64,000 bases of DNA, from positions 480,001 through 544,000 of the forward strand of contig JAXSNR010000001.1 of assembly GCA_037925075.1 (NCBI GenBank), written 5' to 3'. The DNA is from Aquificaceae bacterium. Lineage in GTDB: Bacteria; Aquificota; Aquificia; Aquificales; Aquificaceae. Every line of letters starts with the position of its first letter. The first letter of the stretch is position 1. A model generated the notes under the pieces. It ran no database searches, was not told the DNA's origin, and was given only the letters and a program-made list of their open reading frames with translations. The position numbers and the translations under genes are program-made. Below, in pieces: positions 41,070-49,712 of the stretch.

Positions 41070-42255
41070 CGTCCAATACTTCTATACATGGAAGGCTGTT
41101 TCCCTCCAAAAGCTCCAAAAAGGCACCACCACCCGTAGAAACAAAGTCTATGGCATTGTACACGCCCGCCCTGTGTATGGCATGGTCTGTGTCCCCACCA
41201 CCCGCTATGGTGAGAGCTGGCGACTGAGCAAGTATTTTTGCGGTCTCGTAGGTCCCATCTTTGAACCTGTCCAGTTCAAACACTCCCATGGGACCGTTCC
41301 ATATTATGGTCTGGGCGTCTGCGGTTATCTCCTTCAAAAGGGCTACAGAAACGGGTCCTATATCAAGGCCCATCCATCCGTCGGGTATCTCCTGCCATGG
41401 GACTACCTTTGTGGGCGTGTTGTCCGATATCTCTTTTCCTATGACAAAATCCACGGGAAGGTAAAGCCTTACGTCCAATTTCTTAGCTACATCCAGTATG
41501 TCCCTTGCGGTGGGGATGAGCTCCTCTTCCACCAGAGAGCTACCAACCTTGTAGCCAAGTGCCTTTATAAAGGTAAAAGCCATGGCACCGCCTATGAAAA
41601 GCTTGTCCACCCTCTTAAGAAGGTTCTTTATGATACCCAGCTTTGAAGATACCTTTGCACCTCCTATTATGGCAACCACAGGCCTTTGTGGGTTTACCAT
41701 GGCCTTTTCAAAGTAGCTTATCTCCTTCTCAAGGAGAAAGCCCATCACCGCAGGCTTTAGAATCTGTGGCACAAGGTACACGGATGCGTGCCTTCTGTGG
41801 CATGTGCCAAAGGCATCGCTTACATAAACCTCTCCAAGCCTTGCCAAGCTTCTGGCAAACTCCTCACTTTTCTTGCTTTCCCCTTCATGAAACCTCAAGT
41901 TTTCCAAAAGGATTACCTCCCCCTCTTTCATAGCCATAACTTCCCTTTCCACCTCTTCACCCACACAGTCTGGAAGGATCCTTACCTCGCGGTTAAGATA
42001 CCTTGAAAGTCTCTTGGCAACGGGTGCAAGGCTAAGCTTTTCATCTCTTCCCTTAGGCCTTCCAAGATGAGACATAAGCACTATCTTTGCCTTGGCATCA
42101 AGCAAATACTCTATAGTGGAAAGGCTTGCCCTTATCCTCGTATCATCCTCAATGTTTCCAAACTCATCCATCGGCACGTTAAAGTCAACCCTTACAAGGA
42201 CCCTTTTGCCTTTGAGGTCCACATCTCTGAGCGTCTTTTTCCTAAAAGGCACCAC
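41062..42255 (-). CDS. pgk: Phosphoglycerate kinase
   Basis: RVDFNVP, SHLGRP, LENLRF, GGAKVSSK, WNGPMGVFE, STGGGA. Confidence 0.98.
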   Translation of the reverse strand: MVPFRKKTLRDVDLKGKRVLVRVDFNVPMDEFGNIEDDTRIRASLSTIEYLLDAKAKIVLMSHLGRPKGRDEKLSLAPVAKRLSRYLNREVRILPDCVGEEVEREVMAMKEGEVILLENLRFHEGESKKSEEFARSLARLGEVYVSDAFGTCHRRHASVYLVPQILKPAVMGFLLEKEISYFEKAMVNPQRPVVAIIGGAKVSSKLGIIKNLLKRVDKLFIGGAMAFTFIKALGYKVGSSLVEEELIPTARDILDVAKKLDVRLYLPVDFVIGKEISDNTPTKVVPWQEIPDGWMGLDIGPVSVALLKEITADAQTIIWNGPMGVFELDRFKDGTYETAKILAQSPALTIAGGGDTDHAIHRAGVYNAIDFVSTGGGAFLELLEGNSLPCIEVLDDA

Positions 42256-42263
42256 AAACCTCC

Positions 42264-42596
42264 CTATGGCTCAAAGTCTATATCTTCATCGTCAAACTCA
42301 GGGATTTCGTTTATCTCAAACACGCCTCTTAGGTTAAGGGCAAGCCTTTTAAGGTTTTCAAGGTAGAAGACTATGTCCTCGTACACCTCAAGAAGTGCCC
42401 TGTACCTTTTTATCTCTTCGTAGCTCAGCCTTCTGGTCTTTAGGATCTTCTTTATGGCTATCCTTGACACAAAGGCTCTTGAATACTTTTCCTGCCACTC
42501 TTTCCAAAAGTCCTGCCCGCTTACTGGAGCTTTGACTATGAAAAACTCAAGATTAGAAAGTTCTTCCATGAGATTTAAATCAAGGGTGTTTTTCAC
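42264..42596 (-). CDS. Hypothetical protein
   Basis: SD AGGAGG, host-like codon usage, in an operon-like run. Confidence 0.75.
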   Translation of the reverse strand: MKNTLDLNLMEELSNLEFFIVKAPVSGQDFWKEWQEKYSRAFVSRIAIKKILKTRRLSYEEIKRYRALLEVYEDIVFYLENLKRLALNLRGVFEINEIPEFDDEDIDFEP

Positions 42597-42609
42597 GGGT
42601 TTACCTCCT

Positions 42610-43383
42610 TTAAAAATTATACCCCAGAAGCTCCCTAAGTTTTCTTACAGGGTCTTGGCTTTTCATCAGGCTTGTTCCCACAAGAAAGGCATCCACGCCA
42701 AGATTTTCAAGCTTCAAAACCTGCTCACGGTTTTCTATACCGCTCTCCGCTATAACAAACTTTGCCCCCATTTCCTTTATCTGTGGAGCAAGCCTTTCAG
42801 AAAGGCTCAGATCCACCCTTAAGGTGTCAAGGTCTCTGTTGTTTATGCCTATTATGTAGGCACCAGCTTTTAAAGACCTTTCCGCCTCTTCAAGGCTAAA
42901 AACCTCCACAATATGGTAAAGCCCAAGCTCCTTGGAGTACTCAAGAAGGTCTTTTAGCAAACCATCTTCTAAAATCCTAACTATAAGAAGCACCACATCA
43001 GCTCCATAAGCCTTGGCTTCAAGCACCTGCACAGGGTCAAGTATAAAGTCCTTCCTCAGAAGAGGAAGAGATACACAGCTTCTAACCTCAAACAGGTCCT
43101 CAAGAGAGCCATTGAAAAACTCCTTGTCAGTAAGCACAGATATGGCTATTGCACCAGCTTTTTCATATAGCTTTGCTTGCTCCTTTGCGGACACCTCTTT
43201 TATCTTTCCTTCAGAGGGTGAAGCCCTCTTGACCTCCGCTATTATCCTTGTCCTGCAAGAGCAAAGGGCCTTTTCAAAGGAGAAGCTATTTTTCCTCAAA
43301 CTTGCCAACTCTTCAAGCCTACTGATGTATTCTCTATCCCTTTTTATCTCCCTCCTTTTGTTCTGGACTATCTTATCCAACAC
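42610..43383 (-). CDS. trpC: Indole-3-glycerol phosphate synthase
   Basis: IAEVKRASPS, SVLTD, LRKDF, GINNRDL, AESGI. Confidence 0.97.
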   Translation of the reverse strand: MLDKIVQNKRREIKRDREYISRLEELASLRKNSFSFEKALCSCRTRIIAEVKRASPSEGKIKEVSAKEQAKLYEKAGAIAISVLTDKEFFNGSLEDLFEVRSCVSLPLLRKDFILDPVQVLEAKAYGADVVLLIVRILEDGLLKDLLEYSKELGLYHIVEVFSLEEAERSLKAGAYIIGINNRDLDTLRVDLSLSERLAPQIKEMGAKFVIAESGIENREQVLKLENLGVDAFLVGTSLMKSQDPVRKLRELLGYNF

Positions 43384-43385
43384 CC

Positions 43386-43970
43386 CTATGGGTAAACCCT
43401 CCTGTATTCCTTGCCTTCTTTCTTGTATATAGCTTCAACGCCAAAGCCTTCCCTTTCGAGCTCTTCGTATATTTCCCTTGCCTTTTGGTAGCCATAGACC
43501 GCAAGCACCACACCACACCTTGGGTCTATCTCATCGGGTATTGGTATGAGCTTTGCCCTGCCCTTGAGATGTTTTTCTGCCCTTGTGCCCTCGGAAATGG
43601 CAGTGAAGGTTATAAAGTGGTCTGGCTTTTTGATGAAAGGGTTTAGGTTCATAAGCATATGTCTTAGGTGAAGCTTTACACCAAGAGAGTGGAACTTTAT
43701 CCAGTACCATAGAGAAGGCTCTATAGCCTGAGAGCTCTTCTTTAGCACTGCGACCACTTTTCCCTCTTCCTTCTTAAGACTTATAAGCTGATTGCCCGTT
43801 TGAGCACACCAGCTCATTATGTCCCTCTCAAAGCCCGGGTCTGTGGAAACGACGATAAGCTTTTGCCCTTCTTTCAACTTCCTCATCTTCTCAGAGGTTA
43901 TGACCACCGGCAAGGGGCACATGAGCCCCGTAAGGTCAAGGACCTCTTCCTTTTCCTCTAAAACCTCCAT
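43386..43970 (-). CDS. TusA-family sulfur carrier fused to a DUF3343-like domain
   Basis: LDLTGLMCPLP; C-terminal IPIPDEIDPRCGVVL. Confidence 0.8.
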   Translation of the reverse strand: MEVLEEKEEVLDLTGLMCPLPVVITSEKMRKLKEGQKLIVVSTDPGFERDIMSWCAQTGNQLISLKKEEGKVVAVLKKSSQAIEPSLWYWIKFHSLGVKLHLRHMLMNLNPFIKKPDHFITFTAISEGTRAEKHLKGRAKLIPIPDEIDPRCGVVLAVYGYQKAREIYEELEREGFGVEAIYKKEGKEYRRVYP

Positions 43971-43979
43971 GTTATCACC

Positions 43980-44831
43980 TCACACCGCTATAACTTTCGC
44001 CTGAGGCCTTTCCTCAAAGCCCTCTATGTATAAATTTATAAGCTTTCCCACCTTTTCAAGGGTCTTCAGTAGCTCCCTATCGTAGAGCTGTATATGGTTA
44101 TTCATGTAAAAGCATACCTTGACCTCTCCCCTTTCAAGTTTTACAGGAACGCAAAAGTATTGGTTGCCCTTGTCAACCACCGGCTCTTTTAGGTTGACCC
44201 CTTTAAGGGGTACTATACTTATGCCCTTTAGGTCAAACCTTCCCTTAATATTCCTGAGATATTCATAAAGGTCTTTGCTTTGTAGAGCTTCATCAAGAAG
44301 CTCCTCTCTTCTAACTGCACTCTGAAGGGACCTTTCCAACCTTGCGTATTCGCCAGTAAGTTTAGAATAAGAGCTTCTAAGGCTTTTTATGTAAAACCTC
44401 TCTTTTTTTAGGGCCTCAACGAGGTCTGGATGCAAAGATGCCATGAAGAGAGCAAAGAAGGCTGGCACAAGGACAAAACCCCAAGCTCCATAGTAGTAAG
44501 AGCCAAAACCTACAAGAAGCCAAAGGAAAAGCATGCCCTTAAAGACATTCCTGCTTGTATAAAGGGCTATTGGCACAAGAAGGGCAAGCATCGACTCCTT
44601 CTGATCAGAGAGAAGTGCAAGCAATGTGAGAAAAACAAGGTCTCCGTAGTTTTTAAAAAGCCTCAACCTGCCGGGATAGAAAAATACATATATGGTAAGG
44701 GATAGGTAAATAACAGATGGAATCACCACAAGAGCCTGCTGTGTGGGTGTTTTACCTATGGACAAGGCAAGAAAAAAGGCAACAAGCAAAACCCTTATTA
44801 CAAGGAATATAAGACCTATATCCCTCAGCAC
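43980..44831 (-). CDS. Hypothetical membrane protein (TMs, coiled coil, small cytoplasmic domain)
   Basis: Hydrophobic N-half, charged C-half; GTG start. Confidence 0.7.
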   Translation of the reverse strand: MLRDIGLIFLVIRVLLVAFFLALSIGKTPTQQALVVIPSVIYLSLTIYVFFYPGRLRLFKNYGDLVFLTLLALLSDQKESMLALLVPIALYTSRNVFKGMLFLWLLVGFGSYYYGAWGFVLVPAFFALFMASLHPDLVEALKKERFYIKSLRSSYSKLTGEYARLERSLQSAVRREELLDEALQSKDLYEYLRNIKGRFDLKGISIVPLKGVNLKEPVVDKGNQYFCVPVKLERGEVKVCFYMNNHIQLYDRELLKTLEKVGKLINLYIEGFEERPQAKVIAV

Positions 44832-44840
44832 AGGAATATT

Positions 44841-45098
44841 TTACTCCACCTCTATCTTCTTTACCTTTTCCTTCTTCTCTTTGCCTTCTACCCTACTTTC
44901 TAACCTTCCTACTTCGTAGTCCACAAATGTCTTGATTATCTTCCAAAAGGACAACTCCATCATGTAAAGGTTTTTCATAACCTCCCTTCTAACCTCCTTT
45001 GGGGGAAGTAAAACCTCAAAAAGTCTAAACATATCCCTTCTGAGTTCTTCCACTTGCTGTTCAAGGCTTTCCTCTTTGAGCTCCTCCTTGTTTGTCAT
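44841..45098 (-). CDS. Small hypothetical protein
   Basis: Host-like codon usage, TATATT 7 nt upstream of the ATG. Confidence 0.7.
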   Translation of the reverse strand: MTNKEELKEESLEQQVEELRRDMFRLFEVLLPPKEVRREVMKNLYMMELSFWKIIKTFVDYEVGRLESRVEGKEKKEKVKKIEVE

Positions 45099-45112
45099 GC
45101 TGTTTAATATAT

Positions 45113-45844
45113 TCAGAAGTCTAACAATTTCAAGAATTCCTTTACAGCTCTTTCCATACCAAAAAGAAGTGCATTTGAAACTATGGAATGTCCCACGTTT
45201 AACTCCTCTACGACTTCAGAAAGCTCCTTTACAAGCATAGGGGTGTTTTTGTATGTGAGTCCATGCCCTGCGTAGACCCTTAGACCCAAGGACCTTGCAA
45301 TAAGTCCAGCATGCCTGAGCTTTTTTAACTCTTGCTTTGCACCCTCAATATCATGGCTGTTAAAGAGGTTTGCGTACCTGCCCGTGTGAAGCTCTACCGC
45401 ATCCGCTCCCACCCTTTTGCTTGCCTGAATGTGCGTATCCTCTGGCTCCACAAAAAGGGATACCTCTATGCCCACCACCTCTTTAAAGTCCTTAAGATAT
45501 TCTCTGAGGTATTCTTCCATACCCGCCACATTTAGCCCACCCTCTGTGGTTATTTCTTCCCTTCTTTCTGGCACGATGGTGATCCTGTTGGGCTTTACCC
45601 TAAGAGCTATAGCCTTCATTTCCTCTGTAGGTGCCATCTCAAGGTTTACGGGTACATGGACAGCTCTCTTGATAAGCTCCAAATCCTCCTCCTGTATGTG
45701 TCTTCTGTCTTCTCTCAGGTGAAGGGTTATTTGGTGTGCTCCCGCCTGCTGGGCTATAAGAGCGGCAAAAAGGGGGCTAGGCTCAAAGGTTCTTCTTGCC
45801 TGCCTGATGGTTGCCACATGGTCTATGTTTACACCAAGCCTCAT
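45113..45844 (-). CDS. pdxJ: Pyridoxine 5'-phosphate synthase
   Basis: LGVNIDHVATIRQAR, HLREDRRHI, ELHTG, AGHGL. Confidence 0.98.
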   Translation of the reverse strand: MRLGVNIDHVATIRQARRTFEPSPLFAALIAQQAGAHQITLHLREDRRHIQEEDLELIKRAVHVPVNLEMAPTEEMKAIALRVKPNRITIVPERREEITTEGGLNVAGMEEYLREYLKDFKEVVGIEVSLFVEPEDTHIQASKRVGADAVELHTGRYANLFNSHDIEGAKQELKKLRHAGLIARSLGLRVYAGHGLTYKNTPMLVKELSEVVEELNVGHSIVSNALLFGMERAVKEFLKLLDF

Positions 45845-47220
45845 GTATCTTCCATAAGGATTATATCATCATCTCCCAAATATTCACCCATCCTTATTTC
45901 CAAAAGCTCAGCGACTATGAAGCCTGTGTTTTTAATAGTATAGGGTGTTGTTCTGTAGGCATAGGCGGTATCGCCAGATGTATAATAGCCTTCCTTTGAG
46001 CCCGTGTTTATATAAAGTGTACCCTTTAGCACAGTCCAGTTCCTATTATGATGCATGTGCATACGAGTACCCATGGACTTTCCGGGAAGTATGTTTAACT
46101 TGCATATTTTGTATCCGGGACCTGTTTCTAAAACCAGCTCCGTACCCCACTCATAACTGTTTTCCACGTGGAAGTAGGCTTCTTTGTAATTCTTTTCCTT
46201 GAGAAGGTTTACCAAATCCCTAACCTTTGCCGCACTGCCTTTTTTCATCACAAGGACCGCATCTTTGTCTTCCACCACTGCTATATCTTTTATATCCAAA
46301 AGACACACAAGCTTTCCAGTACTGTAAACTAAGGAGTTTTCCACATCAAAGCATACGCTTTTGCCTGTGCATACATTCCCCTTCTCATCTTTTTCCATGA
46401 GGGAATAAAGGCCATCAAAGGAACCTACATCACTCCAAAATATATCCATAGGCACCACCGCACCCCTTTGCGTCTTTTCCATCTCTATATAATCAAAGGC
46501 TATATTAGGAAGCTTGCAGTAGTTTTCAGTGAAACTTTTATAACCCTCAAGCATCATCTCATAAATTTCTGGAGCATTTAATCTAAATTCCTCCAAGACA
46601 GTACCCACAGTGAACACAAAGTTTCCCGAATCCCAAAAGTAAGAACCCTCCTCTAACATCTTTTGAGCCACGTCCCTTTGAGGCTTTTCTATAAACCTTT
46701 CAATTTTGTAAGCCTTTATTTCACCCTGCTGTTTGAGTATGCTTCCAGTTTTTATATACCCAAAATTCTCTTCAGGTCTAGTGGGATAAATACCGAAAGC
46801 CACAACATAACCTTCTTTGGCTACACCATGTGCAAACCTTAAATACTCTATAAATCTTTCTTCCGGCTTTATAAAGTGGTCAGAAGCAAATACATAGACA
46901 ACCTCTTCATCCTGCACTCCAATAATCTCCCTTAGGTATAGTAAGCCAAAGGCTACGGCTGGTCCTGTGTTCCTTCTACAAGGCTCCGTAAGGAGTTTAT
47001 AACCTTCATATGGATACAGGTCATTTATAACCTTATGTTTATAATCCTTGTGGGTTATCACAAGAATGTCTTTGTGGTCCACAAGCTTTAGGGCTCTTTC
47101 ATAGGTCATTCTCAAAAAGGACAGCCCATTAAAGAGCTTTAAAAACTGCTTTGGATGGTTTTCCCTTGAAAGGGGCCAAAGCCTTGTACCGCTACCACCG
47201 GCAAGTATAATAACTTTCAT
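45841..47220 (-). CDS. manC: Mannose-1-phosphate guanylyltransferase with a degenerate cupin (PMI) domain
   Basis: LAGGSGTRLWPLSRENHPKQF, RNTGPA, SDH, FIEKP, WSDVGS. Confidence 0.85.
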   Translation of the reverse strand: MKVIILAGGSGTRLWPLSRENHPKQFLKLFNGLSFLRMTYERALKLVDHKDILVITHKDYKHKVINDLYPYEGYKLLTEPCRRNTGPAVAFGLLYLREIIGVQDEEVVYVFASDHFIKPEERFIEYLRFAHGVAKEGYVVAFGIYPTRPEENFGYIKTGSILKQQGEIKAYKIERFIEKPQRDVAQKMLEEGSYFWDSGNFVFTVGTVLEEFRLNAPEIYEMMLEGYKSFTENYCKLPNIAFDYIEMEKTQRGAVVPMDIFWSDVGSFDGLYSLMEKDEKGNVCTGKSVCFDVENSLVYSTGKLVCLLDIKDIAVVEDKDAVLVMKKGSAAKVRDLVNLLKEKNYKEAYFHVENSYEWGTELVLETGPGYKICKLNILPGKSMGTRMHMHHNRNWTVLKGTLYINTGSKEGYYTSGDTAYAYRTTPYTIKNTGFIVAELLEIRMGEYLGDDDIILMEDT

Positions 47221-48275
47221 AATGTGACCTCCTTAAGGTTTTCTTTAAAGGTGGAAAGCTTTTCAAGGCTTCTGTACTCATTGTTCTTTACCAAGCCGTA
47301 ATGCATAAAGGAAAAACTCCTTAAACCTAGTTGGTATAACCTTCTTATGTATTCAGCATTGCTCATATAAGTCATATCGTCTGAGACCACATCTGCTCTT
47401 TTGTTAACTGGCATATAGTGGGCAAGATGCAAAGGCTTACCATACTTAGAAAAAAACTCACAGTTTTTGAGTATTCTTTGAGGGTTTCCGTAGCCTCCCT
47501 TTTCGGACATTTTGTATTCAAACATACTCTGGAAGAATATGGCATTACTTTTTTGTATAACAGGTTCAAAAAATTTTATAAAATCTATACCTTCCTGAAA
47601 TTCTACAAGCCACCCACCAAAACATATTCCATATACTGCATCCACACCACTGTTTTTTATTATCTCTATGGCATTAAGAAGGTTATCCCTTAGGCGAGTG
47701 TAATAATCCCTAGTAAGGTTATTTACGCTGTCTGTGTAGGGAAGGCTATGTACACACTGTAAGCTATATCTACATGCGGTATAGGTGGATTGTTCAGTGG
47801 CAAGTGCTATATACACTTTGCTTTTTACTTGAGACCTTAAAATAGACAAAACTTCCTGAAGGTCTTGCAAAAAGACCTGGGATATATGATACTCTCCATA
47901 AGTAGGACCACCAAGAGAATGGTTTTGACCATCGTAGTTCTCCCAAGTTATGAGCATAAGCTGGTAACCAAGGTCCGACCATTCCTTAAAGCGTCCCTTG
48001 TTTGCCCAGTCTTTTATATAGGGCATACTATGCCCATAAGGCCTGTTGTTATTGTCTACAGAACCATTTAACCAAAAGCTAAGTATATCTGGCTTAAGAA
48101 CATCTAAAACCCTTTTCCCATCAGGGTCATAACCGTTTACTAGTCTTTCAGGGTCCTCACCAAGACCAAAAAGTATGGACCTTTTTGGTCGGAAAAAAAG
48201 TACACCTTCTCCAGAACATCCATAGCCTAACAACACTGAAAGCGTACCAATTAGAAAAGTCCTTCTATTTATCAT
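47217..48275 (-). CDS. Tat-lipoprotein, putative TIM-barrel glycoside hydrolase-like protein (GH26/GH-A-like)
   Basis: NRRTFL + LGYGC lipobox; LITWE, ATEQ, KPLHLAH pattern. Confidence 0.5.
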   Translation of the reverse strand: MINRRTFLIGTLSVLLGYGCSGEGVLFFRPKRSILFGLGEDPERLVNGYDPDGKRVLDVLKPDILSFWLNGSVDNNNRPYGHSMPYIKDWANKGRFKEWSDLGYQLMLITWENYDGQNHSLGGPTYGEYHISQVFLQDLQEVLSILRSQVKSKVYIALATEQSTYTACRYSLQCVHSLPYTDSVNNLTRDYYTRLRDNLLNAIEIIKNSGVDAVYGICFGGWLVEFQEGIDFIKFFEPVIQKSNAIFFQSMFEYKMSEKGGYGNPQRILKNCEFFSKYGKPLHLAHYMPVNKRADVVSDDMTYMSNAEYIRRLYQLGLRSFSFMHYGLVKNNEYRSLEKLSTFKENLKEVTL

Positions 48276-49712
48276 CTAAAAGCCTTCCTTTTTAAGGTTA
48301 ACGTATACCATATATTTTAGACCATTATGTAGCAAATAAAAGCCTTGGGCAAAACCTGATTCTGAACGAGGAAACCGCCTTCTAAGGGCATCTTTCGGGT
48401 GTTTGACTATTAACAAACAATCCGCAAACATCGCAGGATTTGAAAGGGCGGTATAGTATATGTAATTATGCGGAAGTATAAAGTAGTTGGAATTCCCAGT
48501 AAAATAAACTACTGGAAAGGTGTAAGCATCATCAGAGAGTGTTTTTCTACACTCATACCTACTCAAAATATCTGCAACAATAATATCTTCCTTCTTACTA
48601 ACTCGCTCCGATATACTTCCACCTCTAAGGAAACCTACGAAATATTTCTCATTTAAGTCTCTAGAGTGCCCCGTGATAAAAAGGGCGGAAGAAAAGGCTA
48701 TAATCATAGAAAATATATAAATTTTTGAGCCGACAACCTTTAAATGCTGAGCGAAAATAATTGAAAAAAGTAAAAATAGAATAGATGTATACATGTAAGG
48801 GAAAAATGTGCCAAAATATGTAGAAAAGTAAAGTATGAAAATAGGCATAAAATATATTAAAAATGTGGGGATGGCATACAAAAGCACAAATTTTCCCATG
48901 TATGGTATAACCACAAAGTATGGCATAATAAGAGGGCTATTCAAAAACAACTGCTTTACTGTAAGGAATAGGCTCTTGGTAATTGAACCTGAAGCTTGTA
49001 TAAATTCATCAATCACCGGCTCACTTCTAAAGAAGGAGTAAGGACTTTGTATAAAGTTTAGTGGGTTTCCTGTAAAAATCCAGTTTAAATAAAGCCAAGA
49101 GAAGAGGAAAAATATAACTGGAGTGATCTTTACCACCACTATAGCTATTCTGTAAGAGATATTTCCTCCGCTGGTTAACAGGAAAAGGCTAATTATATAG
49201 ATTGGTATCAAAAAGATACTTCTGAAGTCCACAAAGAATGTTAGACCAAAAAGCAAGCCTGACACAAATACATATAGTGAGTACTTGGTTTCCATATGTC
49301 TTAGCGTATAAAATACGGATAGAGAAAGCAATACATAGAACAAATACACTTCAAATCTCTGGGACGCAATAAAGAGGTATAAAGGATTAAACATAAGAAT
49401 GGGGAGAGCCAAAAGAGATTTAGTATCTGGCGTATAGGTTTTTATAAGATATACTAAAAGAAATGTGGAGAGAAAAGCACTAATGATGGATGAAACCAAA
49501 ATAGGATCATTTATTATAAGGAAGGGTAGAAAAGCAGTTGGTGGATAAACAAAACCTATATTTTCCACCCTAAAACCGTTTTGGGTAGCTATAAGCGCCT
49601 TTTCCGCAAAGAAAAGTAAGTTGGTATGGACATACCGAAATTCGGAAAATAGCTCGTGGGATATGTAGAAATAAATGAAAAATAGCATAAAAAATATAAG
49701 AACAGCCATCAT
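48276..49712 (-). CDS. Polytopic membrane protein, GT-C-like glycosyltransferase
   Basis: About 10-12 TMs, GFVYPP in the first loop, WLYLNWIFTGNPL, soluble C-terminal domain. Confidence 0.6.
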   Translation of the reverse strand: MMAVLIFFMLFFIYFYISHELFSEFRYVHTNLLFFAEKALIATQNGFRVENIGFVYPPTAFLPFLIINDPILVSSIISAFLSTFLLVYLIKTYTPDTKSLLALPILMFNPLYLFIASQRFEVYLFYVLLSLSVFYTLRHMETKYSLYVFVSGLLFGLTFFVDFRSIFLIPIYIISLFLLTSGGNISYRIAIVVVKITPVIFFLFSWLYLNWIFTGNPLNFIQSPYSFFRSEPVIDEFIQASGSITKSLFLTVKQLFLNSPLIMPYFVVIPYMGKFVLLYAIPTFLIYFMPIFILYFSTYFGTFFPYMYTSILFLLFSIIFAQHLKVVGSKIYIFSMIIAFSSALFITGHSRDLNEKYFVGFLRGGSISERVSKKEDIIVADILSRYECRKTLSDDAYTFPVVYFTGNSNYFILPHNYIYYTALSNPAMFADCLLIVKHPKDALRRRFPRSESGFAQGFYLLHNGLKYMVYVNLKKEGF

